Assembly: GCA_963729045.1 (NCBI GenBank)
Contig: CAVSMN010000018.1
Coordinates: 32,001-96,000, forward strand
DNA length: 64,000 bases
Reading direction: 5' to 3'
DNA from: an uncultured Nitrososphaeraceae archaeon
Lineage (GTDB): Archaea > Thermoproteota > Nitrososphaeria > Nitrososphaerales > Nitrososphaeraceae
Shown: piece after piece, positions 43,021 through 52,978 of the stretch
How positions within the stretch are numbered: the first letter of the stretch is position 1
Layout of the letters: each line of letters starts with the position of its first letter
Program-made: the position numbers and the translations under genes
The notes under the pieces: model-generated
The model's input: only the letters and a program-made list of their open reading frames with translations
Database searches by the model: none
What the model was told of the DNA's origin: nothing

Positions 43021-43629
43021 ATGTTAAGATTAGCAATACCATTAATTATCATTTTTATAATTGCAGGAGCTGTAAGCTTTTCATTAGCGTTCACCTATTA
43101 TCCAAAGAAGAATGTGAATGTCAATGTTGATGGTATCTGTTATGAAATTTTAGGACCTGCTTACGCAGACTATAAAGACCTTGAAGCTGAAAGAGAATTA
43201 CGAGTCTTAGCACATGAATATAATGCAATAGAAAAACCAAATTCAATTATACCTATAGTGTATACGGGAACAAAAGATCAAGTGCAGGATTTTATCTCAA
43301 AGTACAATGTCAGAGTAACTGATAATCAAGAAATTGGTGGTGAAATGTATTATACTAATGACTATATCGGTAAAACAATCATCAAAGGAGAAATATCAAA
43401 AGCAAATTTGCTAAAGGTCATCACGGACTTATCTTCACCCAAAAGAGTCATGAATGAAAACGTTCTTTACAATTTGGGAATACAGAACAACACATTCTTA
43501 AGTTCGGAAGAAAGAGAAAAAATTTCATCAGATTCAAATAGCTTTATGCTTGAAGGAATACAAAAGATATTAGAAAATAGAAAAGATAGTATCAAGCAAG
43601 CAGAATGTCGGAGTCAAATTCAAGTATGA
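43021..43629 (+). CDS. membrane-anchored hypothetical protein
   Basis: ATG at 43021, N-terminal TM, two Cys (GICYE and ECRS) that could form a disulfide. Confidence 0.75.
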   Translation: MLRLAIPLIIIFIIAGAVSFSLAFTYYPKKNVNVNVDGICYEILGPAYADYKDLEAERELRVLAHEYNAIEKPNSIIPIVYTGTKDQVQDFISKYNVRVTDNQEIGGEMYYTNDYIGKTIIKGEISKANLLKVITDLSSPKRVMNENVLYNLGIQNNTFLSSEEREKISSDSNSFMLEGIQKILENRKDSIKQAECRSQIQV

Positions 43630-43790
43630 GATGGAATTAGCATTCTTGTCTTCTATTCTGTGGAAATTGCACAATTTGAGTCACATTGAGTTTCTACCAT
43701 TTCATAAATCACTTTGTGTTATTAACTATAATAAGGTAAGTATATAAACTGGTAAGTGATTAATCTGTAAGTAGATATAGGGTTGTTAAG

Positions 43791-44246
43791 TTGGTAGAAC
43801 TCAAAACCTCAGAGCAGTATCAAGAAAAGAAAGAAAATCTAAGTCACCAAAAGCTAATAGAGGATATGGAATGCAAATGTTGTCCTGTGTTTAATACCTT
43901 TAATATAATTGGCAAAAAATTTTCTCTTTTAATATTACGCAATATGCATTACGATAAACAAAAACGATTTAACGAATTTTTGAATTCTATAGAAGAGATC
44001 AACCCAAAAACCTTGTCAATACGGCTAAAAGAGATGGAAAAGGATGGTCTTATTAAACGTCATGTATACAATGAAACTCCAATTAGGATAGAATACTATC
44101 TTACTCAAAAAGGTAAAGAATTACAACCAATAATGGAACAGATGGCGTTGTTTTCGCTCAAATATTGTTGTGATCAAATATTTGACAACCCCGATCCTAT
44201 TAAAATTGAAAAGATAACCGCCAAATCTATACGAAATTATATGTAA
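43791..44246 (+). CDS. HxlR-family winged-helix regulator
   Basis: CCPV...IIGKKF.LLILR, RFNE, INPKTLS.RLKEME.DGLI.R, P.RIEY.LT.KG. Confidence 0.92.
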   Translation: MVELKTSEQYQEKKENLSHQKLIEDMECKCCPVFNTFNIIGKKFSLLILRNMHYDKQKRFNEFLNSIEEINPKTLSIRLKEMEKDGLIKRHVYNETPIRIEYYLTQKGKELQPIMEQMALFSLKYCCDQIFDNPDPIKIEKITAKSIRNYM

Positions 44247-44737
44247 ATTAGCAAACCTTTGCACTTATTTGAAAAGTTATTCCTAGATTCTGATTTAATA
44301 AGTTTATAGAAAGAGAAAATCAGAAATATTGGCAGGTTTACTATTTAAAATGCTTGGCAACTCTCTTACAAGATATTAGTATTACATGTTTTATTTTCTT
44401 TCCTAGGGTCTCTTATCGCATAATGATAAAAAACAACAATTAAAATGACTACTCATATATTTCATTTCAATATCTCGATTTGGTATAAATATGAATAAAT
44501 TATTTGAACGTCAAAATTAAAGATTTTTGTTGGACAAAGTTTATTCATTTGATATATGACTGAGTCAAATAATAATATCCCATCTTTTATCATTACTTTG
44601 TATAGAATCTATAGGTTAACTTTTTATATCTCTTTTTAATAATTATTTATTCTTTGAATTTCTTTCTACTTACCAAATCGTCACCTACTATTTTAAATAC
44701 TTACTTTATTATAGTTAATGAGATAAGGTAAGTTGAT

Positions 44738-46231
44738 ATGATCAAAGATAGGAATGAAAAAAATAATATGATTAACGCAACGACGGTTGTAAGTCGCCAT
44801 GCGTGGTTAACTTTAGCAATTCTTAGTAGTACTCTATTGACAGTTTTTTTCTCAGAAACCATGCTACTTCCTGCAATACCAGAAATAATTGATGATTTGG
44901 ATATATCTTATGGAACGGCTGCATGGATATTCAGCGCATACTTAATTGTAGCTGCAGTGATGACTCCAGTTGCTGGTAGACTTTCTGATCTGTATGGGAA
45001 AAAGAAAGTTTTACTATCATTACTTGCAATATATATAACAGGACTCACCGCCGGCGGATTTGCAGATAACATAACTTTTCTACTTATTAGCCGGATTATT
45101 CAGGGTGTTGGGTTAGCAGCTGTTCCAGCAGCATTTAGTCTTCTTCGAGATACGTTTCCGCCTGCTAAACTATCTATAGCTGTAGGGGTTTTTGGTTCTG
45201 CATATTCAGCTGGTTCAGTAGTTGGACTATTGGTTGGAGCTAGCATAATCCAAACCTTTGGTTGGCATGCTACTTTTCTAGCTATAATACCTTTCGCTAT
45301 TTTGGTAACATTATTAATTGCAAGATTCGTAAAGGAATACAAAGTACCAAATCGATCAAATAATTCAAAAATACAAAGAGATGTTTCAGAGAAGAAGGGA
45401 AAACCGTTTTCTATAGATATTAAAGGTATAGTGGCTCTTTCAGTTACAATATCTTCATTTCTCATTGCACTTACTGTCATTCAAATTGGTGTAAATAATG
45501 AAAATATATTACAAATTGCGGGAGCATTCATAATATCTGCAATCGCATTATCTGTCTTTGTTATAATAGAAAGAAGGGCTATACCCCCATTCGTTAACTT
45601 GAGATTGTTAAGAGATAAAATCCTTCTACCTTCATTTATCCTACTAATAGCTACAGGAATCACTATGTTCATGATTTATCCAACGATAGTCCAGTTGGTG
45701 AGGAGTCCAGCTCCGTTAGGTTTCGGAGGTGATTCGATAGACGCTGCAAACGTTCAGCTACCTTTCATGATCAGTTTCTTGGTGTTTGCAAGTATCACTC
45801 CATTTATCATAAATAAGATAGGCAGTACAAAACCAATAATAATTGGTGGAATCGTTAGCCTATTTGGAACATTTGGATTACTAATGTTCCATGCAACGGA
45901 GTTCATAGTTTCTGTAAACTTGGCCATAATCGCCTCAGGTCTATCGCTTACAATGACCGCAATTTGGAATATAATAGTGTCTTCCTCCCCAAAAGAATTT
46001 ACTGGAATATCCGTGGGAATTGGTGCACTATTATTGTTCATAGGTATGGCAATAGGTCCGGCCCTGGCTGGAGTATATATGGCTGATCATGAAAATATCG
46101 GAACCAAAGTATCATATCCATCAGCTCAGTCATATGATCTGGTATTTTCCACTGCAGTATTGCTATCGGCAGTATCCCTTGGATTTGCATTTATACTAAG
46201 AAGAAAAACGATACATACTGCGGCGGTTTAA
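44738..46231 (+). CDS. MFS transporter (14-TM DHA2-like)
   Basis: PAIPEI, WIFSAYL, GRLSDLYGKK motif A, RIIQGVG, D.KG. Confidence 0.92.
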   Translation: MIKDRNEKNNMINATTVVSRHAWLTLAILSSTLLTVFFSETMLLPAIPEIIDDLDISYGTAAWIFSAYLIVAAVMTPVAGRLSDLYGKKKVLLSLLAIYITGLTAGGFADNITFLLISRIIQGVGLAAVPAAFSLLRDTFPPAKLSIAVGVFGSAYSAGSVVGLLVGASIIQTFGWHATFLAIIPFAILVTLLIARFVKEYKVPNRSNNSKIQRDVSEKKGKPFSIDIKGIVALSVTISSFLIALTVIQIGVNNENILQIAGAFIISAIALSVFVIIERRAIPPFVNLRLLRDKILLPSFILLIATGITMFMIYPTIVQLVRSPAPLGFGGDSIDAANVQLPFMISFLVFASITPFIINKIGSTKPIIIGGIVSLFGTFGLLMFHATEFIVSVNLAIIASGLSLTMTAIWNIIVSSSPKEFTGISVGIGALLLFIGMAIGPALAGVYMADHENIGTKVSYPSAQSYDLVFSTAVLLSAVSLGFAFILRRKTIHTAAV

Positions 46232-46499
46232 GCAACAATACTAGGATAGTATCCCCCAATTTTTTTAGAAACAATACAGAATTGATATTTTTTTAAAAAT
46301 CTATTTGATATTTGATTATCTATCCTTCAAGCGTTGATAACTGTTATAATGAATTAAAGAATCATAAGGGCTTTTGTAATCTGATAAATTAGATATATGA
46401 ATCGTTAATTTTCTTACACATTTCACTCGTAGTAATTTTTCTTAAGTGCTGTATCTGTTCTTGTTATGTATAATAACGAAAATAAATTGGTCAATGTCC

Positions 46500-47159
46500 T
46501 TATTTACGAGGCATCATCCTAAATCGTTTAAGGAATTTTTCATCTCCTTTGGTTCTTATAACAAACTGTTCTCTGTGTAATTTTAGTGGTCTGTCCTCAG
46601 GTTTTGTCAATTCAATTCTTATTCTTGATAGAGTATTAATTTTAAAGATCAATCCCTGAGATGGATCGATGTTTAATTTGTTTGGGACAATTTCTTTTGT
46701 ATTGCTTTCTATATTAATTGGTATAAGGATTTTCTTCATCTTTCCAAGTTCTGGATAGTTTACAACTAAATCTGCCTTAGCATTATTTACTGTATTTGTT
46801 ATCAAATAAGTGCCGGGTCTAATTACCATCGCAGAGAAAATCACTCCATCCTTTAATTCTTTGCTATCAAATGTTTTTATTTGTGATCCCCTTTCGAATC
46901 GATAAATCTCTATCGAATAACCGCCGGCGCCTGTAGAGACATAGAAAACAGCATAGTCCCCTTTTTTTAGTGTATAAATACTCATAATATTGCTTAAATC
47001 GATGTTTACCTGATTAGAAGTATCATTTACTTGCTTATTTTCATTAGTGAGTTGAGAAACATCCTTAGAATTTGTCGTAGATAAAGATGATAACCTATTA
47101 GATGATCTTTCCTCGATTTTGATAATCAGAGATCTTGAATCCGTCAAAATTAACTCCAA
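46500..47159 (-). CDS. hypothetical protein
   Basis: 219-aa ORF; FDSKEL..G..FS....RPGTY.ITN hints at a cupredoxin-like sandwich but no Cu ligands are visible. Confidence 0.65.
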   Translation of the reverse strand: MELILTDSRSLIIKIEERSSNRLSSLSTTNSKDVSQLTNENKQVNDTSNQVNIDLSNIMSIYTLKKGDYAVFYVSTGAGGYSIEIYRFERGSQIKTFDSKELKDGVIFSAMVIRPGTYLITNTVNNAKADLVVNYPELGKMKKILIPINIESNTKEIVPNKLNIDPSQGLIFKINTLSRIRIELTKPEDRPLKLHREQFVIRTKGDEKFLKRFRMMPRK

Positions 47160-47562
47160 TTTTCATTGTTTATCTAAACCTTATTTTCATTAACTATAAA
47201 TATTTTTAGCTTTAAACCAGGTTATCGATTACTAGACCAACTAGAGTCTAGGAGTCAAATTGATACTTTTTACTGATATCAATGTATAATGATTACGATT
47301 AATGTCTAGTTGATCACATATTGATAGTAGTTCTCATTCGTGGGGATCATGTTTCCTGCGGTATTAGGATTATAATGCAAATATGGACATTTGATTTCAA
47401 AAAGAATTCGACAGGCTAGATAAGCTAGAAAAAAGTTACATCCTTACCTATTATTGCAATTGCAATTCTAGTTTATCTTGCAGAGATATCTACTACACAC
47501 TTATTGGAGGAAAGAGTCAATCTATTACATAAGAACGACCCCATATATCAGCATTACAATAA

Positions 47563-48621
47563 TTATGTGGTCACCTTATCATTAGAAACTGGAGACCGAC
47601 CTTTGCGAACCGTGTAGTAAATCGCTCCAAATCCTATACTAGTCACGATCACTTGGGCTATTTGACCAAAGTAGGGAATAGGAACTATGTACAAAAGATT
47701 GAGTATGACAAATCCGATTAAAAAAGAAGAAATATTGTTGATATCTCCTGATGACGGCTTTCGCCCCAATAACTCGAGGATTTTTTTTCCTATAGCAAAC
47801 GATACCATTAAAGATGAGAAGATTAATCCAATGAGAAGAACCAATAAACCAAAAACTGAGACTGGTATACCTACCACAGTGATTGCCGATAGTACTATTA
47901 CAACTACGAACAATATGATTAATAGAAATCCCACCACCGTGTTTTTTATTATGGATTTTTTCATAACCAACCGAACTGAATCAAACTGATTCGGTAGTAA
48001 CTTGACAAGTATGATACCTAAAATACCAAATCCTATTACAAACAAAATACCAAAAAGATTAAGCCATCCTTCTATATCCGGCATCATTGAGTCTGGGCTC
48101 CTTACCTCTAGGTCTCCGATAGTGCCATTGTTTTGGAAATTGTCAGTCATAGCTACCAGTTGTCCTGATATATTACCCTCATTGGTGATAGTTCCGCCTG
48201 CAACATACGCGTCCTTAGTTACCACAGAAGTTGGATCGAAATGTATGTTGTTAGCTGCTAATATTGCATTTGTTGATTTTCCCCCTAAATCTATCATACT
48301 TCCAGCAGCTACAATTTTTCCTGAAACATCTGCATTCACCGTTACTTGTCGCCCTGCAGCAAGAAGGTCACCCTCTATCGGTGCATTGACATGAATAATA
48401 TTCGCAAATATTATCGCTCCTTTGACAGGGGCGTCAATATTTACCGTTTCTCCAAAGATTACCACCTCATCTTGTATAGGTTCTTGTATTGAAATCTGAT
48501 TTCCCGAAATAACTTGCAAAGCAAAGGCGGTATCTGGCATAACTAGTGGTACTAAAACTAGAGCTGTTATACAGAAGATGAAGAAATATTTTATTCTAGC
48601 AGAAACGCTATTTCGCAACAT
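47563..48621 (-). CDS. bactofilin-like beta-helix plus multi-TM membrane protein
   Basis: Signal ending AFA; repeats of G..V.I...V.G; C-terminal TM bundle with ITVVGIP and VPIPYFG. Confidence 0.8.
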   Translation of the reverse strand: MLRNSVSARIKYFFIFCITALVLVPLVMPDTAFALQVISGNQISIQEPIQDEVVIFGETVNIDAPVKGAIIFANIIHVNAPIEGDLLAAGRQVTVNADVSGKIVAAGSMIDLGGKSTNAILAANNIHFDPTSVVTKDAYVAGGTITNEGNISGQLVAMTDNFQNNGTIGDLEVRSPDSMMPDIEGWLNLFGILFVIGFGILGIILVKLLPNQFDSVRLVMKKSIIKNTVVGFLLIILFVVVIVLSAITVVGIPVSVFGLLVLLIGLIFSSLMVSFAIGKKILELLGRKPSSGDINNISSFLIGFVILNLLYIVPIPYFGQIAQVIVTSIGFGAIYYTVRKGRSPVSNDKVTT

Positions 48622-49245
48622 TTTATTAGATAACCAATACCTAGTCAAATTTAAATTTATAGGGCAAACATTTTATCTATTACCATCATCCTTTACATTT
48701 ATTAATACTTTAATTTAAGCAAAAATATGACTTTACCCATTTAATCGATATTTGAGAATATTTATGGATGCATAAACAAACAACCTCAAGTCAAATAAGA
48801 GAATAAAGTCGTTGAACAGCACTATGGACAGAGAATAAAACTTATAGTCAGAATAATTTTGTAATAGAAGAAGGCCTCTATTACAATATCCACAGTCTCT
48901 GGGCATTGTTGCATAACCCCATTACCTTCGCCTTGTGTCTATATCAACCACGCACCGGTTGTTTTTTCTGTTATTTTAATGAATTAATCGGTAGAGATAA
49001 GATATAATATCTTCGAGTCCAGTCATGACCAAAGAGCTGCTCTGCGGGGGATTAAGTTCCTAGTGGCACTAGGTTCGAATAAAGATGGATTGTACATACT
49101 CGCCCTAATCATGCTAAATCTTTTTTAATTAGGTTTTGTCATTTGGTCTAAAGATTTGCGATTATGTTGTGAATTTCAAACTACCATTTCCATCTCTGAG
49201 CATGATACAGAACTGAAATTTATAATACCGTCATGATAATATAAA

Positions 49246-51220
49246 ATGACTTTAGCTGAATAACCTTCCACAACCCCTTACGAAATCTAATCTAGTAGAG
49301 AATTTCCCATTTTCAACACAGCGAGAAAATCAGAAAAGGGTATTAGAGGACATACGTACTGCCTTTAATTCTGGTTACAGATATGTGTTATTAGAAGCTC
49401 CGACCGGATTTGGAAAAAGTGCAGTAGCCATAGCACTTGCTTTGAGCTTAGGTTCAAGCTATATCTGTACATCTACCAAAGACTTACAAACCCAATATTC
49501 CAATGATTTTCCATATATTAAGGCAGCTAAGGGAAAAAATAACTTCCCTTGTTTACTTAAACAAGACTTTGTAGACAATGGAACCTATCAATGTGGAATA
49601 TGTGCTTCATCTAATCCAAATGAATGTTATCACACAACTGTTGAATATGGACATTGTATGACTAATGAATCCTTTAAAGAGGATGGCTGCAAGTACAGGA
49701 CGTTTGCGAAAGACTATAAGACAATTAATGAAAGAACAAAAGATGAAAAAATATACATTGACAGTGATACTAAACGAAAATATCAAAAACAATTTTCTGA
49801 ATGGTTACCTATAAGCAAACTAAAGATACGAAGAGAGTGGAAACCTTGTGAATACTTTAATCAACTAAATATCGCATTGGCATCCAGTCATTCTATATTC
49901 AATTATTCTATTTTTCTTGCATTCTTACCATATAATAAACGCCTCTCTGAAAGGGAACTTTTGGTATTGGATGAGGGACATCTTTTAGAAACAGAAATTG
50001 TAAAGTTTAGGGGATTATCAATATCTAAAAAGAGATGGAAACGGTATGTGGGTAATTTTGATATAGTTGATTATGGTTATGACAGTATTGAAAGATGGAT
50101 TGATTTTTTAATAGATCTTGAAACCAAAATGTTATCTGCAATTGGCAATGATTCTTTGGCATCCGTACTGGATATGGAGAGAAATGTTAAATTTGAATAC
50201 TATAATTCAAGAAAGTTATTATCAGAAAACCGAGATTACAAAAAGAGAATAGTTTCTGCAACTGAATTGTTTGAAAGTGATGAAGAAATAGCAAAGAAAT
50301 ATGCTAATGTTGAAATTGCATCAAAAGATAATACAAAAACTCTTGGCGATGAGCTTACTGTTGATGCTATTAAAGACACAGAAAGGTTGACAAGAACAAT
50401 AAACAGCATACTTGCAAACCCAAAAAATTGGATAATTTCAGATATCAAAAAAGACAATTACAAAGTAGAGAAAGTGGAATTAAAACCCCTAGATATATCA
50501 CCCTACTGTAAGGCTGTCTTTGAAAAGGGATCCAAAACGCTGATAATGAGTGCGACTATCCTAAATAACAAGGCATTTTGTAAAAGTATTGGTTTAGATT
50601 CTGATGAAGTAAAATTTATTCAAGTTGAATCTGATTTTCCAATAGAGCATAGAGCAATTTATCCCCTAAATGTTGCATATCTTAATTACAGTAACTTACA
50701 ATCTATTGATATTATGTCTAAAATTTCTAATGTCGTTGATAATTTAATGTCTACTCATAAAAATGACAAGGGCATAATCCATACAACATCGTATGAGCAA
50801 CTTAACTTTATCAAAGAAAATCTATCTAAGGAAAATGCAAGAAGGCTCCTAATTACTGATCCAGAAATACCAAGAGACGAAATTATATCTCAACATTCTT
50901 CCACTCCAAAACCAACGGTACCTATTTCACCCTCACTTCACACAGGACTTGATTTGAAGGATGACCTGTCAAGATTTCAGATTATAACTAAAGTGCCATA
51001 TCCAAACAAAAGTGATAGGTGGACTAATGCAAAGAGAGAGGTTGATGAAGAATGGTATTATTGGCAGACAGCATTGAGATTAATACAGGCATATGGAAGA
51101 TCAGTTAGATCCAAAGATGATTGGGCAAGGACATATGTTTTGGACTCGGCTTTTAACTATTTTATAAGAAAGAATAGAAACACACTACCCGGATGGTTTA
51201 TTCAAGCAATCAAAGGTTAG
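49246..51220 (+). CDS. DinG/XPD-like SF2 helicase
   Basis: Q motif FPF..QRENQ lies in frame upstream of 49385; EAPTGFGKS, DEGH, MSAT, KVPYP, QAYGRSVRS.DD, VLDS; ATG at 49246 is one base out of frame (or CTG start at 49256). Confidence 0.9.
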
Positions 51221-51441
51221 CGGGTAGAAAATTTTGCTTATCATTTTATCATATTTACACATCTGAATTCCTTGTCATATTGATCTCATTATTTATCTAT
51301 ATTCTATCAACTATTGGTATCTAAAATATACATATACTATAATATAATAACAATTAAGATTCATCATGATAAATGTAGATGATAAACAAGATCAATTAAG
51401 TAATAGTGAACCAGAAAAGATCTTAATATGAAATAAAAAAA

Positions 51442-52719
51442 TTAAGGATTATTCATTAGTATTTGATCAAACCAATCAAATATCCTTTGATTAGTAATTG
51501 CAGGAGCCCCAGATTGACAATGTTCCTCAGCGCCTTCTTCTTCAGTAAAAAGTATATATTCTTTGGATGAAGATGGAACAGAAACTAGCCCATCGTAAAC
51601 CTTTTTAGGTTGACCTGGAAATGAGTCATCCTTTTCAGCATCTAACACGAGGGTGGGTGTTTTAATATCTTTTATAATATCTTTGATTGAATACGCTTTT
51701 GCTCCAGTAATTAGTTTGTAGGGTGAATTGTTTCCGGTAGTATGCATCCCATGTTTCATATTGAATTTTATGTTTGCATCTGTTTCTATCAAACGATTTA
51801 GGTATGAATTTACAAACTCTGAGTCACCTTTTTCAACTGCATCTGATAATTCTGATGGGAATCCAGATTTTATAGAATCATATCCGTCATAAACGCCATT
51901 ATAAAGAACACATGCAGATATACGAGGTTCAAATGCAATGGTCCTTGCAGCCAAATACCCACCCATACTTATGCCCATTAGAGCTATTTTTTTTGGGTCT
52001 ATATTATATTCACTCTTTCTTGATAATGCAAAATCTAGTACAGGAGTCACAACTTTTTCCCAATCATGTCTAAAAGGAATTTTCTGTTTACGAATTACTT
52101 CTCCCTGGCCTGGTCCCTCAAATATCAAACAATTATATCCTCTTTCTATTGCTGGTGCAGCTGCAAGAGAATATAGCTCTTCCAATGTGGAATCAAAACC
52201 GCCATGAGCTATTAATGTTGGATAGAGAGTGCCTTCATTATTGTCAAGATTTTTTCTACTATTTGTTAGATCATCAATTAATACTTGATTTGACTTTGGT
52301 ACGTGAAAAAAGTAACCTGGTAGAGTGGTTCCTTCATATGGAATTTCCACTTGTTCCACAGGAAATGGAAATAACGCCGTAGCTTTCTTAAAGCATTTTT
52401 TACTTGATTCTATAGTATTTTGAATTCTTGGATCATCAGGCTCGACCAACAAGAATGCAGATACACGATAGTAATTTGATGCTCGTAGATAAGCATCTCG
52501 TGCACTCACTTTATGATGTTTATTAATACAATCTTCCGCATAAGTATGGATCCTTTTTGCTGTCTTTAGCCATTCTTCATACCAACTATCAAAATTACCT
52601 TCCTTAATCCGATATGCTGTTGACAGACATTCTCCAATATCAGCTCCTCTAGAATATGTTTCACTAATTGCTCTCAGCAATTGTAAAGAAAATGTAGGAT
52701 CTTCAAAAACTAGCTTCAT
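51442..52719 (-). CDS. alpha/beta hydrolase (FrsA/DHPON-hydrolase-like)
   Basis: GGFDS..EE, EGPGQG, GISMGG nucleophile, E.D, EEHCQ. Confidence 0.9.
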   Translation of the reverse strand: MKLVFEDPTFSLQLLRAISETYSRGADIGECLSTAYRIKEGNFDSWYEEWLKTAKRIHTYAEDCINKHHKVSARDAYLRASNYYRVSAFLLVEPDDPRIQNTIESSKKCFKKATALFPFPVEQVEIPYEGTTLPGYFFHVPKSNQVLIDDLTNSRKNLDNNEGTLYPTLIAHGGFDSTLEELYSLAAAPAIERGYNCLIFEGPGQGEVIRKQKIPFRHDWEKVVTPVLDFALSRKSEYNIDPKKIALMGISMGGYLAARTIAFEPRISACVLYNGVYDGYDSIKSGFPSELSDAVEKGDSEFVNSYLNRLIETDANIKFNMKHGMHTTGNNSPYKLITGAKAYSIKDIIKDIKTPTLVLDAEKDDSFPGQPKKVYDGLVSVPSSSKEYILFTEEEGAEEHCQSGAPAITNQRIFDWFDQILMNNP

Positions 52720-52978
52720 TTACTTATATCATATGAAGCCAATGAATTATTAGTATATAAATAAAATAATTTCAAGCTTTATCATATGTGAATTATTTTT
52801 CATATCTCCAAAGTCAAAAACCACCTCCTAATAGTCAAATTTATCGGAGTCCAGTTGCGGTTAGATCTCTAGGGTCGGGTTCTATCACAAGGAAAAAATC
52901 ATGATCCTAGGATGATCATATTTAAGAGTCCAAAATTATGAGTGTCACTAAATACTTTCATGATATACTTTATAATAT

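Noticed and set aside
49012..49080. Intact tRNA gene
   Set aside because: GGTTCGAAT is present but there is no complementary T stem or acceptor stem; kept only as a low-interest relic
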